From a virus (Duplodnaviria > Heunggongvirae > Uroviricota > Caudoviricetes): a stretch of 64,000 nt of DNA. Within the stretch, counting starts at the first letter, position 1, and every line of letters starts with the position of its first letter. This document shows, piece by piece, positions 52,785 to 61,413 of the stretch. The stretch lies in IMG/VR virus record IMGVR_UViG_2861084961_000001; one strand, given 5' to 3'. A model generated the notes under the pieces. The model ran no database searches, was not told the origin of the DNA, and saw nothing but the letters and a program-made list of their open reading frames with translations. The translations under genes and the position numbers were made by a program.

Positions 52785-54470
52785 ATGAATACAGCCCTTT
52801 CCATCATCGACGATGCCAGCTCAAACACGGCTATCGACTATCGTCAGGAAATGAATGTCATCCACGAAATCGTGGACGAGTGCGAGAAAGAGATCGCCTT
52901 CATGTATCAGGTACACGACTTCGTTTATGGCGACGAACGCCACAACATGATTAATCGCCTGCTGAGACTAAACCATCGACCAGATGAAGATCGCTCGCGT
53001 TTAAATCGAGGTTGGTTGGATAAAGTTGATCTGGAATGGGTGAAACAGAATATTTGGGCCGAGTACTGGAGGAAGGTCACGGACATGACTAACGTTTTGC
53101 TGATCATGCCAGCTTCCCGTCGAGATGAGTGGCGCGAGCAGTTTATAGAGGGCAAACAGGAAGTCATCAAAACTGACAGAACCGGCTACCAGATGAAGGT
53201 TAAAGAGTTCGTTGGTGTACCGGAGTTCAAAGCAGAAACGGTCATACCCACGATGCTTAATTTGCTGAATGACAGGCACAAATATCTCTCTGAGCGCGTG
53301 TATGGCTTGTTTAAGGCGCTGAGTCCTGCGCACAAGACAAATAAGACAAACGGTTTCAGCGAGCGTCTGATAATCGCTGACTGCATTTCTGATTTCTGGC
53401 GGGACAGCGTTAGCGTGAACTATCGCAAAGAGGACTACATCGACGATCTGCGTGTCTTGCTTCATTTCTTCGCGCACAAAGAATTTATTACCATCAACCG
53501 CACTGCTGAGGTGCTATCAGCTGCGTATCGGGCAAACGACTGCCAGACCGGTGACTGGATGAACGTCGATGGAAATCTGATGCGCGTGAAGATGTTCAAG
53601 AACGGCAACGTTCACTTTGAAATACATCCTGACGTGGCCTGGAAGTTGAATGAGGTGCTGGCTTACAGTATGCCTGCTGCAATCCCCGCGCCATGCCGAA
53701 CTGCGCCAAAAACACGGGCACCAAAGCAGTTCGGTTTAATCCAGAAGACGATCTCCGTGCCGGTTCGCACTGCGCTTCGTGACGGGCGATTGAGCAAAGA
53801 CAAAGGCGTATGGTACTTCTCTGATTCAGCTCTCCAGAAGTCGCAGGTGGAAGAGCTTGAGCGCACACTGAGCTTCATTGGCGGCGTGCAGGAGAAAAAG
53901 CACTGGCAGTTCCCGTATGACATCGGCCATACGCTAAATACGATTGTGGCTACCGGTTTAATACCGGATACAAAATCACACCAGTTCTACCCTACCCCAC
54001 GCTTGATTGCTGAGTACGTTGCCAGAGCCACTGAATTGAAGCCTGGTGAGAAGCTGCTTGAGCCTCACGCCGGACGTGGGGATCTTCTGGCCTATATTAA
54101 CGCCGATCTGGAAGATGTTACCTGCATAGAAATCGCACCTCTCTTCGCTGATATCCTGCGTGGAAAAGGGTATACGAACACGATTTGCTGCGACTTCATA
54201 AAGTGGTCTGAGGACAACGCAGGTTATCAGTTCGACAAAATCGTTATGAACCCGCCGTACTCGCTTGGTCGTCATAGGGAGCACACGATGGCTGCGCTGG
54301 GGCATCTGAAAGTCGGCGGGCGTCTTGTAGCAGTATTGCCGGGCACTGCGCCAATACTGGACTGGATGACGATGGATAATTACGTTTATGCCAGAGGGAA
54401 GTCGTTTACCAACGAGTTTGAAGACACAGGGATCACAGTCAGCGTATACGTTTTCAAACGCGTTAAATGA
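52785..54470 (+). CDS. Large protein with C-terminal N6-adenine DNA methyltransferase domain and ~400 aa N-terminal domain of unknown function
   Basis: FYPTP, LLEPHAGRGDLLAYI (SAM-binding) and VMNPPYS (catalytic) in C-terminal third; 561 aa intact ORF. Confidence 0.7.
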   Translation: MNTALSIIDDASSNTAIDYRQEMNVIHEIVDECEKEIAFMYQVHDFVYGDERHNMINRLLRLNHRPDEDRSRLNRGWLDKVDLEWVKQNIWAEYWRKVTDMTNVLLIMPASRRDEWREQFIEGKQEVIKTDRTGYQMKVKEFVGVPEFKAETVIPTMLNLLNDRHKYLSERVYGLFKALSPAHKTNKTNGFSERLIIADCISDFWRDSVSVNYRKEDYIDDLRVLLHFFAHKEFITINRTAEVLSAAYRANDCQTGDWMNVDGNLMRVKMFKNGNVHFEIHPDVAWKLNEVLAYSMPAAIPAPCRTAPKTRAPKQFGLIQKTISVPVRTALRDGRLSKDKGVWYFSDSALQKSQVEELERTLSFIGGVQEKKHWQFPYDIGHTLNTIVATGLIPDTKSHQFYPTPRLIAEYVARATELKPGEKLLEPHAGRGDLLAYINADLEDVTCIEIAPLFADILRGKGYTNTICCDFIKWSEDNAGYQFDKIVMNPPYSLGRHREHTMAALGHLKVGGRLVAVLPGTAPILDWMTMDNYVYARGKSFTNEFEDTGITVSVYVFKRVK

Positions 54471-54531
54471 TAGGTAAATACTTACTTAATTTATGTAAGA
54501 ATGTAGTAACTAAACGATAAGAGAAAAACAC

Positions 54532-55236
54532 ATGAGCAACCTCCAGTTAGAGCATTTTAACGTCACAGGCCATTCCGATTTTCCTTTCAAGTTTACATTG
54601 AAAGGTTATGCGGAGGATGCGGTAGGCCAGATCATTATTGATAAAGGTATCGTTAAGTTTGAGGGGAATTTTGATGAATCCGCGAAAACATTCATAGACT
54701 TCGTTGCCAAACGTTGGAGCGAGCAATGGAAAGACCTGGAAAAGCGCGCCAATGAGTTTGATCGGTTCATGGATGCAATGGATACAGCAAAAGAGGCTCT
54801 GGCTGCCGGGACTCCGTTAGATCTGGAGTCACTTTTCAACGGCACAATGGCCTCTGCGATGTTCGCCACCATGTTCGCGGGTGAGTTCGTCCGCAGCGGT
54901 GCCAAAAACTACCTTGAGCTGGATTACAACGTCCCTGAAATTGGCGATTTCGTCGTTACCATCCAACGAAAAGAAGGTAAGACGCCAGGTGAACGCGTCG
55001 CAGAACTTGAGGCCGTTGTGGAGCAGCGTAACGGCGAGTGCGTTCGTTTGATCAACGAACGTAATGCTCTTCGTGAAGAAAAAATATGCACAGGTAGCAA
55101 TACACGTAATGCAGCGGATATCTACTTCCAGTTAGTTGAGGAATGCCAGATTCCACCAGGTGGCTCTCTTGTCGATTACGTCAGACATTTAATGGCGGAA
55201 GTTAACTCCAGCCATAAAGATGGTGAGGTGCGCTGA
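54532..55236 (+). CDS. Hypothetical protein (234 aa)
   Basis: Conserved start context AGAAAAACACATG. Confidence 0.45.
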   Translation: MSNLQLEHFNVTGHSDFPFKFTLKGYAEDAVGQIIIDKGIVKFEGNFDESAKTFIDFVAKRWSEQWKDLEKRANEFDRFMDAMDTAKEALAAGTPLDLESLFNGTMASAMFATMFAGEFVRSGAKNYLELDYNVPEIGDFVVTIQRKEGKTPGERVAELEAVVEQRNGECVRLINERNALREEKICTGSNTRNAADIYFQLVEECQIPPGGSLVDYVRHLMAEVNSSHKDGEVR

Positions 55237-55616
55237 TGTTTGGCATTGATGCACAGCGTATAGCAGCTTTTGCAAAAAGCCCTCTTGATAATCCCTTGTC
55301 TCGTAGTGAGCAAATGGAGCTGGCAAGGCTTTTTCTTCACATTCAAAAACAGGCAGACGTTTTCAATAACATGCCTGATCAACCTATTCTGGATGGTCAC
55401 ATCCAGATGGTCATTAACAGTCATGAGAAAGGCTGGGCTGCAATCGTCCCCTGCACAATTACATACAAGTTGGCGAAAGAGGTTCAAGAGTTTCGAAAAG
55501 CCAGTGTCGAATCGGAGTCTACCAAAGCCGCAATAAACACTCTTATTCGCATGGGGTTCACATGGGACGGTGGAGTTTACTGGCAAGCACCTCAACCCAT
55601 TTTATCCGGCAATTAG
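55236..55616 (+). CDS. Hypothetical protein (126 aa)
   Basis: Start-overlaps upstream stop. Confidence 0.4.
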   Translation: MFGIDAQRIAAFAKSPLDNPLSRSEQMELARLFLHIQKQADVFNNMPDQPILDGHIQMVINSHEKGWAAIVPCTITYKLAKEVQEFRKASVESESTKAAINTLIRMGFTWDGGVYWQAPQPILSGN

Positions 55617-55735
55617 GCGCTACAAATCCTTCTGCATGAATAAATAAAGGCCATAACTTATGGCCTTAAATAAATTGTTTTCTACCTTTTCTTATTTGTG
55701 AAAATAACCACAACTAGAAAACAACGGAGTTAAGA

Positions 55736-56377
55736 ATGTCTAGTATTTCCGAAGCTCATATGTTCGCCGCTGGCGCTCATGGTGGCGTTGGTCAGAAAAG
55801 AAAATATACCGGCGAAGACTACATCAACCACCCGGTTGCTGTACGAGAGATTGTTGCATTGCATGACGGAACCGTGGATATGCAAATCGCGGCGCTTCTG
55901 CATGATGTGGTCGAAGACACCCATGTAACCATAGAGATGGTTCGTGATCACTTCGGTGAGCGCGTAGCTGAAATGGTTCAGGCTCTGACCAACATTGCAA
56001 GGCCAGAAGACGGCAATCGAATACAGCGTTTCATCATCAATGTCCGGGAGCTGGAGCAAAATCTCGACATGCAGACGCGCATGATCAAGCTGGCTGACCT
56101 GCTCGACAATACCTCTTCTATCGTGAGTCGCGATCCTGAGTTTTCAGCTATCTACCTTGCAGAGAAAGAGCTGATGCTGGACGTACTTTTTAACGGGAAG
56201 GAGATTGGTGCCAACGCTGATGTTGTCGAGTACATGGAGAGGATAGGTATAGAACACCCGTTGCTATTAAGCGCAATGGCGAAAGTCACTGAAGGTATTG
56301 CGCTTCTGAAACCGGAACACATCAAACGTTATGAAAAACACAAATCGCTGATCTGGAGCGCGTGGGAGGCTGCATGA
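55736..56377 (+). CDS. HD-domain hydrolase resembling RelA/SpoT-type (p)ppGpp hydrolase (small alarmone hydrolase candidate)
   Basis: INHPVAVREIV...AALLHDVVEDT HD motif and downstream ADLLDN; ~213 aa, no synthetase domain. Confidence 0.65.
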   Translation: MSSISEAHMFAAGAHGGVGQKRKYTGEDYINHPVAVREIVALHDGTVDMQIAALLHDVVEDTHVTIEMVRDHFGERVAEMVQALTNIARPEDGNRIQRFIINVRELEQNLDMQTRMIKLADLLDNTSSIVSRDPEFSAIYLAEKELMLDVLFNGKEIGANADVVEYMERIGIEHPLLLSAMAKVTEGIALLKPEHIKRYEKHKSLIWSAWEAA

Positions 56378-56520
56378 AGGTAGAAAAAATAGATGTTCTT
56401 TCCTTTGTGCTGACGGATCTGGAACGTCTCGATCCGGTTCGAGTGATGATTGAAAACTACGAACCTGGTAAGGGAAGAATCACCATCACCTGCTACGGAA
56501 AAGCGTGGACTGCGGCTTAG
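56374..56520 (+). CDS. Small hypothetical protein (48 aa)
   Basis: ATGA start-stop overlap with upstream gene. Confidence 0.3.
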   Translation: MKVEKIDVLSFVLTDLERLDPVRVMIENYEPGKGRITITCYGKAWTAA

Positions 56521-56526
56521 TTTGCT

Positions 56527-56916
56527 ATGGGCGGTGATGATGTGCAGACGTTCATCAAGCGAGTTAGCAACGACTATCTAATCGACAATTTCGACCCTCA
56601 ACTGCTAAGCACGGTCGACGATGACAACGATGCAAATCTGCTTTTCGTGAAGTCAGAAATCATAAAGTTACGAAGAGAGAGAGAAATCGACGCCGTACTA
56701 GCTCGTGAAATGTGGGACGAGGCGGAAAACGCCGATGACGTAAAAGAAAGCTGCTGTTGTTTCGGCGTCGGTAACAAACTGTTGAATCTCTTTGGTGATG
56801 ATCCGTGGTATGCCGACTGGCCAACTGTACCAAACCCGAAATACCAGTATCTGGAACGCATTGTGAACGCGGTACGTGAAGGGCTGAAAGAGTTAGACAA
56901 GTTAGAGGCATCGTAA
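56527..56916 (+). CDS. Hypothetical protein (129 aa)
   Basis: ORF in tightly coupled operon. Confidence 0.4.
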   Translation: MGGDDVQTFIKRVSNDYLIDNFDPQLLSTVDDDNDANLLFVKSEIIKLRREREIDAVLAREMWDEAENADDVKESCCCFGVGNKLLNLFGDDPWYADWPTVPNPKYQYLERIVNAVREGLKELDKLEAS

Positions 56917-57371
56917 TGAGAGAGAAAATCAAGAACCCGGTCGTCGTATTGTATAAACGGGAAACCAGCGATTCTTATGCGGTATCCATCACTGATGGAA
57001 GCCAGAACATGCACGATGGTCTGCTAATGGCCGCCGTATCTCCTGATGATTCGGACTACCCTTTCGCCACTTTCGCTATGGTTGGTTACTACATGGCTGC
57101 CGAAATTGAGAAGTTGCGGGCGCAGAGAGACGCATTAGCGGCGGAGAATGCAGCCCTGAAAGAATCTGAGCGAGCATTCGATGCGATGTGTGCCGAGGAA
57201 CACGGAGATAATTGGGTTAGCGAATTAACGGAGACTCCAGCCACCGATGCTTTTCTGGCTGAAGTACGTGCGCAGGGCGTGGAGATGTTTGCGGAGTGTG
57301 CATACACACTTGAACATCATGATCACGCAGTAGCTTTTGCCGCCGAGCTACGTAAAGGAGATAGACAGTGA
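56916..57371 (+). CDS. Hypothetical protein (151 aa)
   Basis: ORF; start overlaps upstream stop. Confidence 0.4.
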   Translation: MREKIKNPVVVLYKRETSDSYAVSITDGSQNMHDGLLMAAVSPDDSDYPFATFAMVGYYMAAEIEKLRAQRDALAAENAALKESERAFDAMCAEEHGDNWVSELTETPATDAFLAEVRAQGVEMFAECAYTLEHHDHAVAFAAELRKGDRQ

Positions 57372-57841
57372 GTGAGATTAACTACCTGGCGTTACGTGAG
57401 CGTTATTCACCAAAACCAGCGCCTAGATGCTCTGTTTGTGGCGAGGAAATGTCAATACAGCGCATATCTGGAGCACATGTCGTTTATGCCTGCTCCGGTG
57501 AGGGTGATGACGGATATTTTAAGATAGGACGTACTTTTGCAGACGAACATTATGAAAAATCACGCGTAACAGTAGTTGATGATAGTGATCCCGATGTGAT
57601 TGCACTGCTGGAAGAACTGGATAAAAGACGACATTACATCGGACGTCTTGAGCAGGAGAACGTAGAGATGGCCCTAACGCTTGAGAAGCTGCGTGTTGAG
57701 ATGAAGGCAGCCAAATCAAAACTCAACGAGCAGCGTGAGTATTACGAAGGTGTTATCTCGGATGGAAGCAAGCGCATAGCCGCTCTTCTTTGCAAGGACA
57801 ATCTTGTCAGCACCACGAACATTGAAGGTGAAAGAAGATGA
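57368..57841 (+). CDS. Hypothetical protein with CxxC pair and coiled-coil (157 aa)
   Basis: ORF; start overlaps upstream stop. Confidence 0.4.
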   Translation: MSEINYLALRERYSPKPAPRCSVCGEEMSIQRISGAHVVYACSGEGDDGYFKIGRTFADEHYEKSRVTVVDDSDPDVIALLEELDKRRHYIGRLEQENVEMALTLEKLRVEMKAAKSKLNEQREYYEGVISDGSKRIAALLCKDNLVSTTNIEGERR

Positions 57842-58161
57842 CCACATCGCATTCTGCTATTACCCAGGAAAAAGCCTTCAACATACTCGAACGACTAGAG
57901 ACGCTCGCTACGGAGGAGGAGATATCCCTGGAGAAACTGGTTGAGTTCAGCCGTGTGATATTGCGTCGCAAGAACGATATGGAGCGGCTGACATCTGGCG
58001 CTCCATCCTTATCAGCCAGGCGAACACTTTGTTGCAGCTTCTGCAACAAATCCCAGTACGCCGTCAAAAAGTTAATTGCTGGGGACGCCGTTTTCATCTG
58101 CGACGAGTGTGTGGATGTGTGCAACAGAATTATCCGGGGAGAGAAAGAGGGATCAGCATGA
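57838..58161 (+). CDS. ClpX N-terminal zinc-binding-domain-like protein (stand-alone, 107 aa)
   Basis: [38 protein letters not shown] closely parallels E. coli ClpX ZBD ([37 protein letters not shown]); no AAA+ module follows. Confidence 0.65.
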   Translation: MTTSHSAITQEKAFNILERLETLATEEEISLEKLVEFSRVILRRKNDMERLTSGAPSLSARRTLCCSFCNKSQYAVKKLIAGDAVFICDECVDVCNRIIRGEKEGSA

Positions 58162-58709
58162 AATTTTCCAAATTTTCTGAGTCGGTGAATCGTATTTTGT
58201 CCAACAACCACAGCCATCGTCGCGATATGGATGTAACGATCGTTGTTCATTCGCCTGGTCGCATCGGTTCAACACCATCAGTTGAGGTTCAGTCAATTCA
58301 GGCGGGTTTTGATTGGGATGCCGGGCAAGTGATGATTTTTCCAGCACAGCCACTGACCACGCTAACACCGGAGCAGGTTGCTGATATTACTGAAAGTGTG
58401 CACAAAGGCCAGTCATGGCACGCGTATCAGGAATACAAGAAGCATAAAGAGCAGTTGGAAAAATTGTCGATGGAGTTGGAAGCCGCTAAACAGAGGGAAA
58501 AAGATCTGTTTATGGAAAATGTTCGACTTAAGTCAGGTATAGCCGGTCTGATACACCTCGGTATTCGATATGCGGATGTCGAGGTCATGAAAATAGCTGG
58601 AGATGCCCAGCTTTCTACTCCCTGTACTGACAGCATCATAAACAGTATTGCATCAGGCGTTTTCACCAAAGAGGGTCAGCATGATGAGAACAGTAGAAGT
58701 TCGCGCTGA
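58158..58709 (+). CDS. Hypothetical protein (183 aa)
   Basis: ATG 58158 overlapping upstream stop; longer ORF start 58029 rejected. Confidence 0.4.
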   Translation: MKFSKFSESVNRILSNNHSHRRDMDVTIVVHSPGRIGSTPSVEVQSIQAGFDWDAGQVMIFPAQPLTTLTPEQVADITESVHKGQSWHAYQEYKKHKEQLEKLSMELEAAKQREKDLFMENVRLKSGIAGLIHLGIRYADVEVMKIAGDAQLSTPCTDSIINSIASGVFTKEGQHDENSRSSR

Positions 58710-58869
58710 AGATGTAACCCCAGGCGATGTGGTCATAACATCTAAAGGCAAACGATGTGCGGTTAAATCTTTCTGGATGAACGGTGAAAAAGTGACTCTG
58801 TTCGGTACGGATGGTTCCGAAACTGATTATGACTACGACGAATTGCTTGTTGTTGAGAGAGCTACCTAA
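58681..58869 (+). CDS. Small hypothetical protein (62 aa)
   Basis: ORF; internal ATG chosen. Confidence 0.3.
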   Translation: MMRTVEVRAEDVTPGDVVITSKGKRCAVKSFWMNGEKVTLFGTDGSETDYDYDELLVVERAT

Positions 58870-59405
58870 TGACCACCTTTACCAAAGAACAGTTAATCTC
58901 CCATGCACGCGAAAGCGTTAGTTATCTGGAAGACTTGAAAGGACGTGTTAGTAAAGAAGGAGCGGACTGCAAAGTTGTTCATGAGATGGTTGAACGAGAT
59001 CTAAAACTGGCTCGAATTGCGCTGACCTCACTGGAGGCAGAGCCAGTGGCGTGGCAGGTAACACTCACAAAAAACGATCAGGAATCAGTCTCTATTATTT
59101 ACCGTGACTGTGCAGAGAAAGATACATGGGTTCGGATATATGAGTCACTCGGTTCTGTCGCACATGTTGCCCCGCTTTACATGGCGCAGCCAGAACCGTC
59201 GAAGGAGGAGAAAGGACGTTCAGTCATCCAGGGTAAAGCCGATAATTCACCATTGCCGCGCTACCAGGTTATCGAATTAACAATGCTGGTTAAACAATTG
59301 GTCAGCCAACTGAAAAAAGCAAAACCTGATTGCAAATTACCGGATAGGGCGATGGATTATCTTTTGCGGAACGGACTGCTAAGTGTGGAGGATGCCTTAC
59401 GATGA
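58869..59405 (+). CDS. Hypothetical protein (178 aa)
   Basis: ORF. Confidence 0.4.
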   Translation: MTTFTKEQLISHARESVSYLEDLKGRVSKEGADCKVVHEMVERDLKLARIALTSLEAEPVAWQVTLTKNDQESVSIIYRDCAEKDTWVRIYESLGSVAHVAPLYMAQPEPSKEEKGRSVIQGKADNSPLPRYQVIELTMLVKQLVSQLKKAKPDCKLPDRAMDYLLRNGLLSVEDALR

Positions 59406-59680
59406 TTGAAATGACAAAAGAAGAACTAACACAGGCAACAAAGGATTACGGAAAAATGCACATCGCACATCGTATGGCGAATGTGTTACTGGCCTTGTCT
59501 GAACAAAAGCCATCTGCGTTTGTAATGAAAGATGATTTGGCCGATCCGGCAATTGTTTCGACTCCGGCATATTTAGATATTGAGGATGCGGAACAAAAAA
59601 CGATTGGGATATTGTCGCGCTTTATGCCGATCCCTTTCCTGTCATCGGCGACACTACTGCTCTTGTGGACGATATTTTAA
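59402..59680 (+). CDS. Hypothetical protein (92 aa)
   Basis: ORF; start-stop overlap. Confidence 0.35.
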   Translation: MIEMTKEELTQATKDYGKMHIAHRMANVLLALSEQKPSAFVMKDDLADPAIVSTPAYLDIEDAEQKTIGILSRFMPIPFLSSATLLLLWTIF

Positions 59681-59988
59681 ACATTCTCGCGCTTCTTGAG
59701 GCTGGCGATTGGTCAGAACATTGCACTAAAACGGAGTTAGGCGGTCGGCTTGAAAGAGAGATTACACAACTTATTGGTGATGCCCAAAATGATTTGTCAC
59801 CTGAGCATCTCCCCTGCGATGTAGTCCTTGTGCCAGGGATGAGGATACACGAAGGCGTCAGAACGAAAACATTATTAACCGCATTACAGAGAAGAGCCGA
59901 ACTAAGCTCGCGGATAAAGTTGATGCCATCCAAAATATTTGATGTCGTCAAATTTACGCCATCGCAACATACTGAGAGAGATAAATGA
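59665..59988 (+). CDS. Hypothetical protein (107 aa)
   Basis: ORF. Confidence 0.35.
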   Translation: MDDILNILALLEAGDWSEHCTKTELGGRLEREITQLIGDAQNDLSPEHLPCDVVLVPGMRIHEGVRTKTLLTALQRRAELSSRIKLMPSKIFDVVKFTPSQHTERDK

Positions 59989-60611
59989 GCACGGTAGCGA
60001 AAGATCTCACAGAAGATATTCTCAATGAAATTATTGTTGGTGCAAATACCTCGCTTGAGCAACTTCTTGCGTTAGCACTGAGAGCCGAACGTCGAGACAG
60101 AAATCGTTTTTATGAGCGATTACCTGGGAAACGACCAGATAGATCAGATGAAGAAGGTTGCGATATAGACTACATGGAGCCTTCAGAGATTTATCAACTT
60201 GGTAAAGATGACGGCTGGAACGCTTATCACGATGCTGTGATGAAGTTGGATGAAAAAGTTAAACCTCTTTCTCGAACGGTAGATCACGGTTTCCGCGATA
60301 ACTGCGAATGCTCTAGTTGCCAGACCACGGCCCGTATTTGTTCCGAATTGACAGATAAATCCAGCCTAATCTACGAAGTTAATGTAGGCGGTAATACATG
60401 GGTCGAATGCACAAGAGCTGCATACGTAAGAGCAAAAGACAAGGGTGAATTAACCAGAGTTGTTGCCCATCACCCAAATAATGAGCTTAAAGATCACCAA
60501 ATTCGAGAACTGGTGAACGAGTTGAGGGATATTGCGGTTCAGTACCACGGAACGCAGCAATTGCGGGAGAAGATTGCCAGAGCAGTGAACAACTCAGTCC
60601 GTAAAAAATAA
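59985..60611 (+). CDS. Hypothetical protein with Cys cluster (208 aa)
   Basis: ORF; CECSSCQ motif; last gene before noncoding junction. Confidence 0.4.
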   Translation: MSTVAKDLTEDILNEIIVGANTSLEQLLALALRAERRDRNRFYERLPGKRPDRSDEEGCDIDYMEPSEIYQLGKDDGWNAYHDAVMKLDEKVKPLSRTVDHGFRDNCECSSCQTTARICSELTDKSSLIYEVNVGGNTWVECTRAAYVRAKDKGELTRVVAHHPNNELKDHQIRELVNELRDIAVQYHGTQQLREKIARAVNNSVRKK

Positions 60612-60720
60612 GCAATAGTACGATAAAGAGGCCCCATGCTCTTGATGGGGCCTGTAGCAACTAGCGTTATGGACGCTGGTTTACGTACTCAATGATCGCT
60701 TTGATAATCGCGAACATCGG

Positions 60721-61024
60721 CGGCACGATTTTGAACAGTAAGTTAACCATAACAGGCCTCACTTAGTTTTATCGCGCCTAGCTGCAAATACCTTTGGGCT
60801 TGCCTTTGCAGTTGCAATATCTGTAGTCGCCAGATACTTACGGCACGATTTCGAGTTAAGGTAAGGTTTTAGAGTCACCAAAAACCTGGACTTAAATCTT
60901 CTTTGAGAACAACGATGTTTAGTAAATGGTCATTATTACCTGGTATGACCACTCAACGTTTCTTGATGAATCCAGTACATTCGGTTAATCTTAATTCAGT
61001 CGCCAGATACTTATGGCTCAGGAA
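60721..61024. repeat. Interleaved direct repeats: composite agtcgccagatacttacggcacgattt (60825-60851) with its right half repeated at 60721-60731 and left half at 61008-61023
   Basis: Exact 11 bp and 16 bp matches read from sequence. Confidence 0.6.
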
Positions 61025-61049
61025 CAGAGCCGCAAACTCTGTTTCCTTT

Positions 61050-61082
61050 TAAAAAGCCCAGCCTAGTCAACTGGGCTTTTTA
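61050..61082. terminator. Hairpin aaaaagcccagcctagtcaactgggcttttt (bidirectional terminator candidate), preceded by second hairpin ggaacagag...ctctgtttcc
   Basis: GC stem flanked by A-run and T-run. Confidence 0.6.
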
Positions 61083-61379
61083 ATGTCTATTTTTAACCCA
61101 ATGAACCTTCAATACCGCAACATCAGTGTCTTGCGAATTAAGATAGTGTGTATAGGTTATACATGCAAGTGCATAACTCTGTGGATAACTCAGGAAGGAA
61201 AAAGTAGCTTCCGCGCAATTTAGGCCAGACAAGGCTTTCGCAAAAATCAACGGAGAGAAAAAAATTTGTTAAAAATAACGTTTGTTGGAATTGTATATAT
61301 TTATGCCTTTCAATAGTTAGCATCTTATTAACATCTTTTTTAAGAGATAGAGTTCAAAAATATATAGCTTCAACATATA

Positions 61380-61395
61380 CTGTATGCATATACAG
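61380..61395. promoter_or_regulatory. LexA (SOS) box CTGTATGCATATACAG upstream of UmuD'-like gene
   Basis: Perfect CTGT-N8-ACAG palindrome 19 bp upstream of ATG 61414. Confidence 0.8.
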
Positions 61396-61413
61396 TATTA
61401 AGAGGCGAGTATT

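Noticed and set aside
61138-61323. 61 aa minus-strand ORF in the junction region
   Set aside because: Falls in AT-rich promoter DNA upstream of the UmuD'-like gene, has no RBS and a low-complexity sequence.
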